Part shown: piece by piece, positions 26,257-34,377 of the stretch
Layout: each line of letters begins with the position of its first letter
Numbering within the stretch: the first letter of the stretch is position 1
Source: Dehalococcoidia bacterium
GTDB lineage: Bacteria; Chloroflexota; Dehalococcoidia; Lucifugimonadales; VXLM01
Length of the DNA: 64,000 bases
Assembly: GCA_965220255.1 (NCBI GenBank)
Contig: OZ244816.1
Span: 2,376,491-2,440,490, forward strand
Reading direction: 5' to 3'
Notes under the pieces: generated by a model
Told to the model about the DNA's origin: nothing
Seen by the model: only the letters and a program-made list of their open reading frames with translations
Database searches by the model: none
Position numbers and translations under genes: made by a program

Positions 26257-28017
26257 TTGACAGCCACCTCTACCACAAATAGCTACACCCAAACCCTCGT
26301 CATCCGCGAAGTTCGCAAACAGTGGCGCACGCTCGCGTTCGTCGTCGTCCTCATGTTCCTCGGGACAGCCTCCGCGCTTGTCACGCCGTTGCTCCTCAGA
26401 GAGTTGATCGACCACGCCATTCCCAGTGGCGACACCGCCATGATCCTCGCGCTCGTCGTGGCGATGACCCTGCTCCCGGTTGTCGACGTGGGGCTGGGGC
26501 TCGTGCGTAACTACGCCCGCGCTACCGTGGGCGAGGCTGTCACTCGCCGTCTTCGCACAGACCTGTTCAACCACCTCATCCAAGCCCGCCTCGACGACAT
26601 CGAACGCACAAGACTGGGGCACATCGTCACGGTCATCACGAGCAGTTGCGGCCGTGTGGGGGAGATGTTCGTCGCCCAGACCGTCGTGCAATCGATATAT
26701 CACTCGATGCTGGTTTTCGTGACCGCCGGGATCATGTTCTCCCTCAACTGGAAGCTGGCGCTCATCACACTGCTGGCCTTCCCTCCCTCGTACCTCCTCG
26801 CCCGCGTTGCCGGAAGCCGAGAACGACGCCTGCACGCCGAGCAAATGGACATCCTCTCCTCCGGCCAGTCGTACATCACGGAAGTCTTCGACAACATCAA
26901 GACCGTCAAGTCGTTCACCGGCGAGAGCCGCGAGACGGCCTGGTGGGAGGGGTGGACGCGCCGCAACTGGCGAAACAAGGCCCGCATGACGGCGCACCAC
27001 GATCTCTTCCGCTTCGGCTTCTGGGTCGCCATTCAGAACGTCGTGCGCGGCCTCATCTTCGGCTACGGCGCGTTCGAGGTCGTCAACGGTCGCGCGACGG
27101 TCGGCGATCTCGTGGCGTTTCTCGCCTACTTGCCCGGCCTTTACGAGTCCGTCAGAAGAGTCCTCGACTTCATCACCGTGGGCGAGTCTACCAAGGCCTC
27201 CTCTGATCGGATCGACGAACTCATGGCCCTTCCCACTGAGGGTACGTCCGGCGTCCGAGAGCCGGTCACGAAGAATGGCGGACCTTCTGTGGAATTCTCC
27301 AACGTCAGCTTCCGCTATGCGCGTGAAGGATTCGGAATCGAAAACTTCAGCTTTCGTGCGAACGCTGGCGAGTTCGTCGGCATCGTCGGCCCGACGGGAG
27401 GTGGCAAGAGCACCGTTCTCGACCTCGTGAAGGGCTTCTACGAACCGTTGAATGGCCGTATCCTCATCAATGGCCAAGACCTACTCGACCTCCCCATCGG
27501 CGCGGTGCGACGGCACATATCCGCCGTCCCGCAGGATGCCTGGCTATGGAACGACACCGTTCTCGCCAACATCATCTACCCCGAAAAGCAACCTGATATG
27601 GCCCTCGTCGAGCAGGTTGTCCATGACGCCCAGCTTGCAGAGTTCATCGAGTCACTCCCGAGCGGACTCGACGAAAGACTCGGACCGAAGGGCCTCGACC
27701 TCTCCGGCGGCGAGCGCCAGCGTATCGCCATCGCTCGCGCCCTCTACAGGAAGGCCGGACTCGTCCTCCTCGACGAGCCGACCTCCGCCCTCGACGCCCG
27801 CACCGAGTTCCATCTCACCTCCGCGCTCGACACCCTCCGCGAACGCAGCACCCTCATCGTCGTCGCCCACCGCCTCAAGACCGTCATCACCGCCGACAAA
27901 ATCCTCGTCATCGACGGCGGCCGCATCGTCGAGTCCGGCTCGCCCGAAGAGCTCAAGCGCGGTTCGGGCCTGTTCGCTATGATGTATGAGATGCAGTCGC
28001 TTGAAGTAAAGCGGTAG
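26257..28017 (+). CDS. ABC exporter, fused permease/ATPase (MsbA/type IV exporter-like half transporter)
   Basis: Six-TM N-terminal domain, Walker A GPTGGGKST, signature LSGGERQRIAIARAL and Walker B LVLLDEPTS. TTG start at 26257 is preceded by AAAGGAG. Confidence 0.9.
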   Translation: MTATSTTNSYTQTLVIREVRKQWRTLAFVVVLMFLGTASALVTPLLLRELIDHAIPSGDTAMILALVVAMTLLPVVDVGLGLVRNYARATVGEAVTRRLRTDLFNHLIQARLDDIERTRLGHIVTVITSSCGRVGEMFVAQTVVQSIYHSMLVFVTAGIMFSLNWKLALITLLAFPPSYLLARVAGSRERRLHAEQMDILSSGQSYITEVFDNIKTVKSFTGESRETAWWEGWTRRNWRNKARMTAHHDLFRFGFWVAIQNVVRGLIFGYGAFEVVNGRATVGDLVAFLAYLPGLYESVRRVLDFITVGESTKASSDRIDELMALPTEGTSGVREPVTKNGGPSVEFSNVSFRYAREGFGIENFSFRANAGEFVGIVGPTGGGKSTVLDLVKGFYEPLNGRILINGQDLLDLPIGAVRRHISAVPQDAWLWNDTVLANIIYPEKQPDMALVEQVVHDAQLAEFIESLPSGLDERLGPKGLDLSGGERQRIAIARALYRKAGLVLLDEPTSALDARTEFHLTSALDTLRERSTLIVVAHRLKTVITADKILVIDGGRIVESGSPEELKRGSGLFAMMYEMQSLEVKR

Positions 28018-28120
28018 TCTCAGTCTCTGCCACGAACGACCCCGACCCCCACTGTAGTGCCAAGCCTGACAACCCCTCATTTGGCAGTTCTCCCTGCATT
28101 CTGACCTAGCACTCTCATGG

Positions 28121-28142
28121 TATGATGTAGACTGTGGTCTAC
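28121..28142 (+). promoter_or_regulatory. Candidate TA promoter -10 (TATGAT) abutting the operator palindrome GTAGAC-tgtg-GTCTAC
   Basis: Perfect 6-bp inverted repeat at 28127-28142, directly after TATGAT (28121-28126) and 10 nt upstream of the toxin ATG. Confidence 0.4.
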
Positions 28143-28151
28143 AGAACTTGC

Positions 28152-28448
28152 ATGATTAGAGTACTTCAAACAGGAGTATTCAGACGATGGTTGCATGGGC
28201 TCAGGGATGATCGGGCGGTGGTCAGGATCACTGCCCGCTTGCGACGGGTAGGACAAGGAAGTCTCGGAGACGTGCGGTCAGTCGGAAACGGTGTACTTGA
28301 GATGAGGATTCAGTATGGGCCAGGGTATCGGCTCTACTTCATCCGACGTGGTTCTGAAGTGATCGTGTTGCTGTGTGGCGGTGATAAGGGGAGTCAGCGA
28401 CGGGATATTGAGAAGGCCAAGAGGTTGGCCGAAAATCTGGAGGAGTGA
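28152..28448 (+). CDS. Type II toxin, addiction-module killer protein (RelE/ParE superfamily, HigB/Gp49-like)
   Basis: GDVRSVGNGVLEMRIQYGPGYRLYF...VLLCGGDKGSQRRDIEKAKRLA matches the killer-protein family pattern. Overlaps the antitoxin start by 4 nt (ATGA). Confidence 0.85.
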   Translation: MIRVLQTGVFRRWLHGLRDDRAVVRITARLRRVGQGSLGDVRSVGNGVLEMRIQYGPGYRLYFIRRGSEVIVLLCGGDKGSQRRDIEKAKRLAENLEE

Positions 28449-28804
28449 TGCCGGAGAAACTGACACAATTCGACGCAGCGGAATTTATCGACACCGAGAC
28501 GCGAGCACGACTGTACCTCGAAGCGGCTGCGGACGAGGACCCCGGAGACGGTAGCCTCATTCGTGCCGCGCTAAGCGATATCGCCCGTGCCCGGAACATG
28601 AGCCGCCTCGCACGCGATGCCAAGCTGGATCGGGCCGGTCTCTACAAAGCGCTGTCCGAAGAGGGCAACCCGTCTTTCACTACGGTGATGAAGATTACCC
28701 GTGCGCTGGGACTGAGACTACGCCTCGAACCCGAAGACTCGCTTGGGGAAAGTGCCACAAGCTCCACTGAGGACGAATCCCTTGTTTCGGCGTCACGAAC
28801 GTGA
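28445..28804 (+). CDS. higA: Type II antitoxin, addiction-module antidote protein (HigA family, HTH)
   Basis: KLTQFDAAEFIDTE...AALSDIARARNMSRLARDAKLDRAGLYKALSEEGNPSFTTVMKITRALGLRL is the family-typical HTH pattern. Confidence 0.85.
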   Translation: MMPEKLTQFDAAEFIDTETRARLYLEAAADEDPGDGSLIRAALSDIARARNMSRLARDAKLDRAGLYKALSEEGNPSFTTVMKITRALGLRLRLEPEDSLGESATSSTEDESLVSASRT

Positions 28805-28892
28805 CGAAAACCAACCCAAGCTCGATTTCTTCAACCGCATCGTTTGAACCGAGCATTCTCCTTCGTAATCCCTACGTCGAGTAACCCCACTT

Positions 28893-29240
28893 ATGAAAAC
28901 AACCAAAATCCTCTACATGCTCTGGGTCGACGACATGGACCGCGCGGTGGCTTTCTACCATGACGTCTTCGGTCTGGACGTCCATACGCAGTCGCCCAAC
29001 TGGTCGGAGCTTACGCTCGGCGACTCCACGGTCGCTCTCCATCAGGGGACCAACGACAGCTTTCGCATGACCGGCCTGAGCTTCGAGGTCGACCACATCG
29101 ACGAGGCTTGCCACGAAATAGAAACGGTGGGCGGGAGCATCGTCCATCCTCCGCGAGATGGGAAAGTCCCCGGTCTGCGCCTCGCCGACGTCACCGACCC
29201 CGACGGCAACCGTATCCAACTCTTCAGTTACGGGAACTAG
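28893..29240 (+). CDS. VOC (glyoxalase/bleomycin resistance/dioxygenase) family protein
   Basis: 115 aa. AVAFYHDVFGL and a C-terminal DPDGNRIQL pattern. Confidence 0.8.
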   Translation: MKTTKILYMLWVDDMDRAVAFYHDVFGLDVHTQSPNWSELTLGDSTVALHQGTNDSFRMTGLSFEVDHIDEACHEIETVGGSIVHPPRDGKVPGLRLADVTDPDGNRIQLFSYGN

Positions 29241-29242
29241 TG

Positions 29243-29806
29243 ATGGCGCTCGGAATTCCCCGGACCAGCGCCATCGTCGTACCTTACGACCCGAACTGGC
29301 GCTTGCTGTTCGAGGCGGAGCGTCGCCGCATTCTGGGCGCCATCGGACACATCGTGGCGGGCGTCCATCATGTCGGCAGCACGGCGATTCCGGGTATGCC
29401 CGCCAAGCCCATCCTCGATATCGCCGTGCTGCTGCACGAGTTCGAGGACGGGGAGCGGTGCGTTGAGCCGTTGGAGAACATCGGCTACTTTCACAAGGGT
29501 GCGGATGAAGTCGACATCCCCGGCGATCGTTTCTTCCTCAGGGGCCATCCTCCGCAAGAGGGCTGCTCCGATGGAGAAGAGATAAGGACTCACGTCCTCC
29601 ACATGTATGCTGTTGACAGTCCAGTCCGGCAGAACCACTTCCTTTTCCGCGATTACCTGATTGCCCACCCTAGAGCCGCCGCCGAGTATGCGCGGCTCAA
29701 GCTCGCCCTTGCGGAAAGGCACCCGGACGACCGCACTGCTTACAGTGCTGGCAAGAGATCGTTCATAACCGAAGTGCTCGCAAGGGCCGCCGAGGAGTCC
29801 GAGTAG
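29243..29806 (+). CDS. GrpB (UPF0157) family protein
   Basis: VVPYDPNWRLLFEAE...HHVGSTAIPGMPAKPILDI...YLIAHPRAAAEYARLK. ATG at 29243 lies just after the VOC stop. The track start at 29108 overlaps the VOC gene. Confidence 0.8.
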   Translation: MALGIPRTSAIVVPYDPNWRLLFEAERRRILGAIGHIVAGVHHVGSTAIPGMPAKPILDIAVLLHEFEDGERCVEPLENIGYFHKGADEVDIPGDRFFLRGHPPQEGCSDGEEIRTHVLHMYAVDSPVRQNHFLFRDYLIAHPRAAAEYARLKLALAERHPDDRTAYSAGKRSFITEVLARAAEESE

Positions 29807-30543
29807 TGCCGCATCGAGGAATCACCGTCACCGACGCCGACGACATGGCCGACCTCCTCCGCCGGGACTCGTCATTCGTCGAGTGCATCTTCGACGGAGG
29901 ATCATTCACTGACCTGATTGCCGATGCCCTCGAACTGACCGGCTGCTCGCTCCAGGACTCCGACTTCTCGCACCTGACCTGTGCCGAGCTCCGGATCTCA
30001 CGTTCCGACCTTCAGCGCGCCAACTTCTACCGCGCGGACATCAAGGAGTCCCGCATCATCGACTCCAACTGCGCCACAGCAAGATTCCAAAATGCCAAGC
30101 TGAACCTGTCCCGGCTGACCGACAGCGACTTCTCTCTCAGCAGCTTCGATGGAGCAAGCCTATTCGGCGCCGACCTCACCGGCTCCCGCTTCCGTGCAGT
30201 CATCTTCGGATCGACCAACCTCGATGGCGTCACCATCGACCGAGCGGGCTTTGTTATGGCGACCCTCGCACACAAGAGCTTCCGCAAACAGCGGCTCGTC
30301 GGGATCGACTTTACCGAGGCCGACCTTTCCGGCTGCGACTTCTCCGACGCGGTCTTCGAGGACTGCCGCATCGAGAACGCCATCGTCAGCCCCGAAACAA
30401 CCTTCGCCGGGGCGGACCTCCGAGGCGCCCGCCTCTCCAACCTCCGCCTCGACGTGGCACGCGCCACCGGGGCTGTCATCTCACAATCGCAGGCGGCGGG
30501 ATTCTTGCAGGATGCCTACGGGGTCCTTGTAGTAGAGGCGTAG
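29806..30543 (+). CDS. Pentapeptide-repeat protein
   Basis: Runs of A(D/N)LxX pentads, for example ADLSGCDFSDAVFEDCRIENA and ANFYRADIKES. Confidence 0.85.
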   Translation: MPHRGITVTDADDMADLLRRDSSFVECIFDGGSFTDLIADALELTGCSLQDSDFSHLTCAELRISRSDLQRANFYRADIKESRIIDSNCATARFQNAKLNLSRLTDSDFSLSSFDGASLFGADLTGSRFRAVIFGSTNLDGVTIDRAGFVMATLAHKSFRKQRLVGIDFTEADLSGCDFSDAVFEDCRIENAIVSPETTFAGADLRGARLSNLRLDVARATGAVISQSQAAGFLQDAYGVLVVEA

Positions 30544-30617
30544 GCGACTAGAGCGTGTCCAGCACATCAACCGAGTCCCGTCGTAGCGGGGTCGTCGGAC
30601 TATCAACGACGCTTCGG

Positions 30618-30645
30618 CCCTTCGACAGGCTCAGGGCGAACGGGG
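30618..30645 (-). repeat. Family A repeat, inverted-orientation copy
   Basis: cccttcgacaggctcagggcgaacgggg is the reverse complement of ccccgttcgccctgagcctgtcgaaggg. It overlaps the 3' end of the HAD ORF. Confidence 0.6.
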
Positions 30646-31299
30646 TCTTGGCGGACGCTCGCTTAGACTGTGTCCCTCATCGCCCCACCGCCCGCACAAT
30701 CCCCTCGGCGACCACCGTATATCCCCGTCCGGCACATGAACAACCTTCCCGACCAACTCAACCGGAACAGTCGCCCCAACCCAGTACGGATGACCCACCG
30801 CAAGTAACATGGGCACGTCTCCCCTCGTGTCACCCACAGCAGCCACGTCCCTCATCTCAACGCCCAACTCACGCGCCAGCCCTGCGACCCATGTCGCCTT
30901 GTCCTCAGGCCAGAAGTGAGTAATCCCCCCATCTTGCGTAAGCCCGGTGCCAACGTAGTAGTCTCCACCGAACCTCTCCGCGCACCACTCCACGGCAAAC
31001 TCCCACGTGAGCGACACGATGGCAATCCTGAAGCCGTGTTCTCGAAGCAACGCGAATCCTTCATCAACTCCGGGAGCAACGCGCATTGACACGACGTGCT
31101 CGCGCAGCTCATCTATCGTGAAGGAGCGAAACCACCCCGTGAACTCCTCCCCTGCTGCGACTATGGCCTCCGTCTGGGTGGCGTTCAATTGCTCAAACTC
31201 GCGCACCCGGTCCTCTCGCCCGATGCCCCGCGCGATGGCTTCCCATACAGACTCACCCCAAAGCAGCGTCCCATCGAGGTCAAATGCGACGAGCTTCAA
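30631..31299 (-). CDS. HAD-superfamily hydrolase (phosphoserine-phosphatase-like subfamily)
   Basis: Motif I FDLDGTL at the N-terminus and a late GDTRGD motif. The last ~15 codons run into a family A repeat, so the true stop is uncertain. Confidence 0.7.
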   Translation of the reverse strand: MKLVAFDLDGTLLWGESVWEAIARGIGREDRVREFEQLNATQTEAIVAAGEEFTGWFRSFTIDELREHVVSMRVAPGVDEGFALLREHGFRIAIVSLTWEFAVEWCAERFGGDYYVGTGLTQDGGITHFWPEDKATWVAGLARELGVEMRDVAAVGDTRGDVPMLLAVGHPYWVGATVPVELVGKVVHVPDGDIRWSPRGLCGRWGDEGHSLSERPPRPRSP

Positions 31300-31448
31300 G
31301 ACGGCACGTTCAAACTGTTAGCTGAGAAAGAAGAAAGAAGGGACCGTGTACTCACGGCACAGGCGGTGGGGTTTCTTCATGATGTCTGTGGGTGTTTGTT
31401 GGGGAGCAATACTAGAAGTAGAAGCAAATGGAGAGATTTGCAGAAGGT

Positions 31449-31943
31449 TTAACGCCATTCCCTTTTGTCGAGCCATTTGTCTAGGGTACGAGCCATCTGG
31501 TTGATGCCCTGCCCGCCAATGTCGATGGTGTCCACCCGTTTGTTTTTGAACCACCCTGTTTTCATAAGGTCGTAGATATGCCATTTCTGACCATCGGTCA
31601 GCACACAGACTTTTGGTTTCACAGCTTTAGCGTACTCTGACAACGTTCGTACATGTGAGCTAGACAGTCGATTCAGGCGCTTGGCTTCAATCAAGATCAC
31701 TGGGTTGCCCTTTCGAGAAAGAAGGGCATAATCGACTCGGCTTGGGTTTCTTTTTCTTCGTTTCTTGCATGGATATTCCACCACGCACTCATCTGGGTTG
31801 TAAGTTTCCCAACCCAGTGCACGGATGATGGGATCGATAATGGCATATCGTGTGCTGTACTCAGGCAGGTCAACCAGTTCAGGGTGCGCTCTTACTATCT
31901 TGCGACCGTGCCGAATGGCACCTTCGACATCTCTGAGTGCCAT
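31449..31943 (-). CDS. Stand-alone PD-(D/E)xK nuclease-fold protein resembling the type I restriction enzyme HsdR N-terminal domain
   Basis: IIDPIIRALGW...VDYALL...VILIEAKR gives a D...ExK arrangement in a context typical of HSDR_N domains. The gene sits in a low-GC patch (26 G+C of 60 at 31561-31620). Confidence 0.55.
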   Translation of the reverse strand: MALRDVEGAIRHGRKIVRAHPELVDLPEYSTRYAIIDPIIRALGWETYNPDECVVEYPCKKRRKRNPSRVDYALLSRKGNPVILIEAKRLNRLSSSHVRTLSEYAKAVKPKVCVLTDGQKWHIYDLMKTGWFKNKRVDTIDIGGQGINQMARTLDKWLDKREWR

Positions 31944-32052
31944 CGTGACCTCCCTCTCAAGACAAGCTATTCACCGGTACTTCGTCGCGATGCCTACGGA
32001 TATCATCCGATGTCAAGAGGTATGCGAGTCGAACTGTCTTTAGCCCCGACTC

Positions 32053-32919
32053 TCACCGAGCGATGATCGGCGACTGCAGGAACTGGAAGATTTCCGAGTC
32101 CGCCGGTAGCACAACGGTTGTGTTCTCACCAAGGAACTCGGCGTAGGCATCCAACGACCGAAGGAAGGTATAGAATTCGGGGTCTTGCTCCAATGCCTCG
32201 GCGTAGATCGCGATGGATTCAGCCTCGGCCTCACCCTTTATAATGTCGGCTTCCTTCTGCGCCGTCGACCGGATCTCAACGGCCTCGCGATCGACCTCCG
32301 CCCGCTTTTGCAGGTCGGCCTCCGCGCCCTCAGCGCGCTCACGGTCTGCGATGCGCTTCCGTTCCGCCTTCATGCGCTCGTAGACGCTGCCGGCGATCGA
32401 CTGCGGGAAGTCCGCTCGCTTGATTCTCACGTCCACTATGTCGATCCCAAGCTCGCTGATGAGCGGCCGGACGGCGTCGCGCACATCGTTTTCGATCTGC
32501 TCGCGCTTGGTCTTGATGATTTCGAGCTGCAGATCGCTGGCAATCTCGCGGCGCAATTCCGACGCAACGATGTCAATAACCCGCGACCGCGCCTGCGTGA
32601 CGTTGCGCACAGTCTGGAAGAACAGCAGCGGATCGGTCACCCTGCCCCTCGCGTACACGTCGATGATCAACCGCTTCTTGTCCGAGGTCAATAGCGACTC
32701 GGCTGGCGCGTCGAAGATGAGAAGCCGCTTCTCAAACTTCGTAACGCTGTCAACCAGCGGCGCCTTGACGTACAACCCCGCGGACCTGATCGATCGCTGC
32801 GGGTCGCCCAATCGCGTGATGATTGCGAGCTCCGTCTCGTCGACCACGACCAGCACTTGCGGCAACACGATTGCCGATAGTACCAACAGCGTTATGAGTA
32901 GTGTCGCGATGAATCTCAT
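32053..32919 (-). CDS. hflC: SPFH/band-7 protease modulator HflC
   Basis: N-terminal TM, then the SPFH pattern VVVDETELAIITRLG...GLYVKAPLVDSV. ATGA overlap with hflK. Confidence 0.85.
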   Translation of the reverse strand: MRFIATLLITLLVLSAIVLPQVLVVVDETELAIITRLGDPQRSIRSAGLYVKAPLVDSVTKFEKRLLIFDAPAESLLTSDKKRLIIDVYARGRVTDPLLFFQTVRNVTQARSRVIDIVASELRREIASDLQLEIIKTKREQIENDVRDAVRPLISELGIDIVDVRIKRADFPQSIAGSVYERMKAERKRIADRERAEGAEADLQKRAEVDREAVEIRSTAQKEADIIKGEAEAESIAIYAEALEQDPEFYTFLRSLDAYAEFLGENTTVVLPADSEIFQFLQSPIIAR

Positions 32920-33992
32920 TGCGATGTCGACTCCGTCTGCTGGATCGTAGGTATGGGGCCTACAGGCTGCGTCGGCGCCTGTGGCGCGGCGAACGGAGCC
33001 TGGTCCGTCTCATTCAGGTTGAGTAGCTGCAGCAGACCTCCGCCCACTTCGCCGTCCACGATGAATATCTCTACGGCGGGCAGGATGTCTTCCATACTTT
33101 CGAGGAACAGTCTCTGGGCCGTCACGTCAGGAGCCTCGCGATACGCGTTCAGGATGGACGTGAAACGTTCCGCTAGACCCGTCGCCTCGTTGACCCGCTG
33201 CGCCTTGAAGGCCTGTGCTTCCTGCAGGAGCCGCTCCGCGTCACCCCTGGCCCTCGGAAGAATGTCCTCTCCGTAGGCGTCCGCCAGGTTGATGATTCGT
33301 TCCTTGTCCTCTCTTGCCCGCACCACATCGTCGAAGGCGTCCTGTACCTCCGCCGGCGGGTTCACGTTCAGAAGCTTGACTTCAGCCACACGGATGCCCG
33401 CCTCATACGTGTCCAGAAGCTGCTGCAGCAGGTCTTTCGTCTCGGCCTGCACAGCCTCCTTCTCCGTCGTGAGCACGTCATCGATGTTGCGGCTGCCGAC
33501 GACCTGCCTCAATGCTGATTCGGAGGCGTCCTTGATCGTCTTGCCTGCGGGATCCACCGCGCGGAAAAGGAATTTCTCAATGTCCTTGATCTCGAACTGA
33601 ACGAGAAGCTGTACGTCGACGATGTTCTCGTCGCCCGTGATCATGAGGGACTCTTCGAGGAAGGGAGTGTCGCCCCGGATGCCGATCTCAAGTCGACGGC
33701 GCTGGCGAACGTCGACGATGGCGCGGTTGCCTATCGGGTTCGGCCACCACCAGTGAAGGCCCGGTCCGGCCGTATCTTCGAAGATGCCGAACCGGCGGAG
33801 CGCCGCAACCTCGGCGGGCTCTACCGTGTAGAACCCCGTGCCGAGCCATCCAATGGCCCCAAGCACGATGACTCCGAGTATGCCATAAACGAGACCGCCG
33901 CCACCGCCACCTAGGCCGAACCGGCCAAATACGCCCTTGATCCGAGACGTTATCTGCTCGAAGTTTACTTCCGGCTCGTCTTGCCTGTACAT
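32916..33992 (-). CDS. hflK: SPFH/band-7 protease modulator HflK
   Basis: Gly-rich N-terminus, a TM, then GFYTVEPAEVAALRRFG...GPGLHWWWP. ATG at 33992 is preferred over the track start at 34040. Confidence 0.85.
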   Translation of the reverse strand: MYRQDEPEVNFEQITSRIKGVFGRFGLGGGGGGLVYGILGVIVLGAIGWLGTGFYTVEPAEVAALRRFGIFEDTAGPGLHWWWPNPIGNRAIVDVRQRRRLEIGIRGDTPFLEESLMITGDENIVDVQLLVQFEIKDIEKFLFRAVDPAGKTIKDASESALRQVVGSRNIDDVLTTEKEAVQAETKDLLQQLLDTYEAGIRVAEVKLLNVNPPAEVQDAFDDVVRAREDKERIINLADAYGEDILPRARGDAERLLQEAQAFKAQRVNEATGLAERFTSILNAYREAPDVTAQRLFLESMEDILPAVEIFIVDGEVGGGLLQLLNLNETDQAPFAAPQAPTQPVGPIPTIQQTESTSQ

Positions 33993-34107
33993 CCGGTCCC
34001 GATTGCGTCCGATACAAGTGTTGAATTCATAGTACCACACTCACGCTCCCAATCTTCCAGCCCTTCCATCAAAAGCTACCCAAACGCCACCGTCCGACAC
34101 CACGAAG

Positions 34108-34184
34108 AACCTATCCCCTCTCCAGTCGGGGGAAAGACAAATGGACCCCTCCGCTCGCCCTGAGCCTGTTGAAGGGCAGGTTCC
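34108..34184 (+). repeat. Composite intergenic repeat (CCCCTCTCC hairpin module plus family A core)
   Basis: ctatcccctctccagtcggggg followed by cgctcgccctgagcctgttgaagggcaggttcc. Confidence 0.55.
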
Positions 34185-34377
34185 ACAAACCAAGACGCCA
34201 ACTGCCGAACATCCACCCACCTCTCAGCACTCTGATCCCACCGTCATTCTGGTGGAAGGAGGCTTTTGAGCAACCGTTATACCGGCGTAGGCCGGTATCA
34301 AGATGGGTGGAGTTGAAGTTGAGTAGCATTGGTTTTTCATGCCAAGGTCTTCCCGCACGGTGAATTATACGAAGGTC

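Noticed and set aside
26230-27477. 415-aa minus-strand ORF.
   Set aside because: It is antisense to the ABC exporter, which has clear Walker A/B and signature motifs. The product is Asp/Glu/Arg/Gly-rich low complexity, as is typical of high-GC shadow ORFs.
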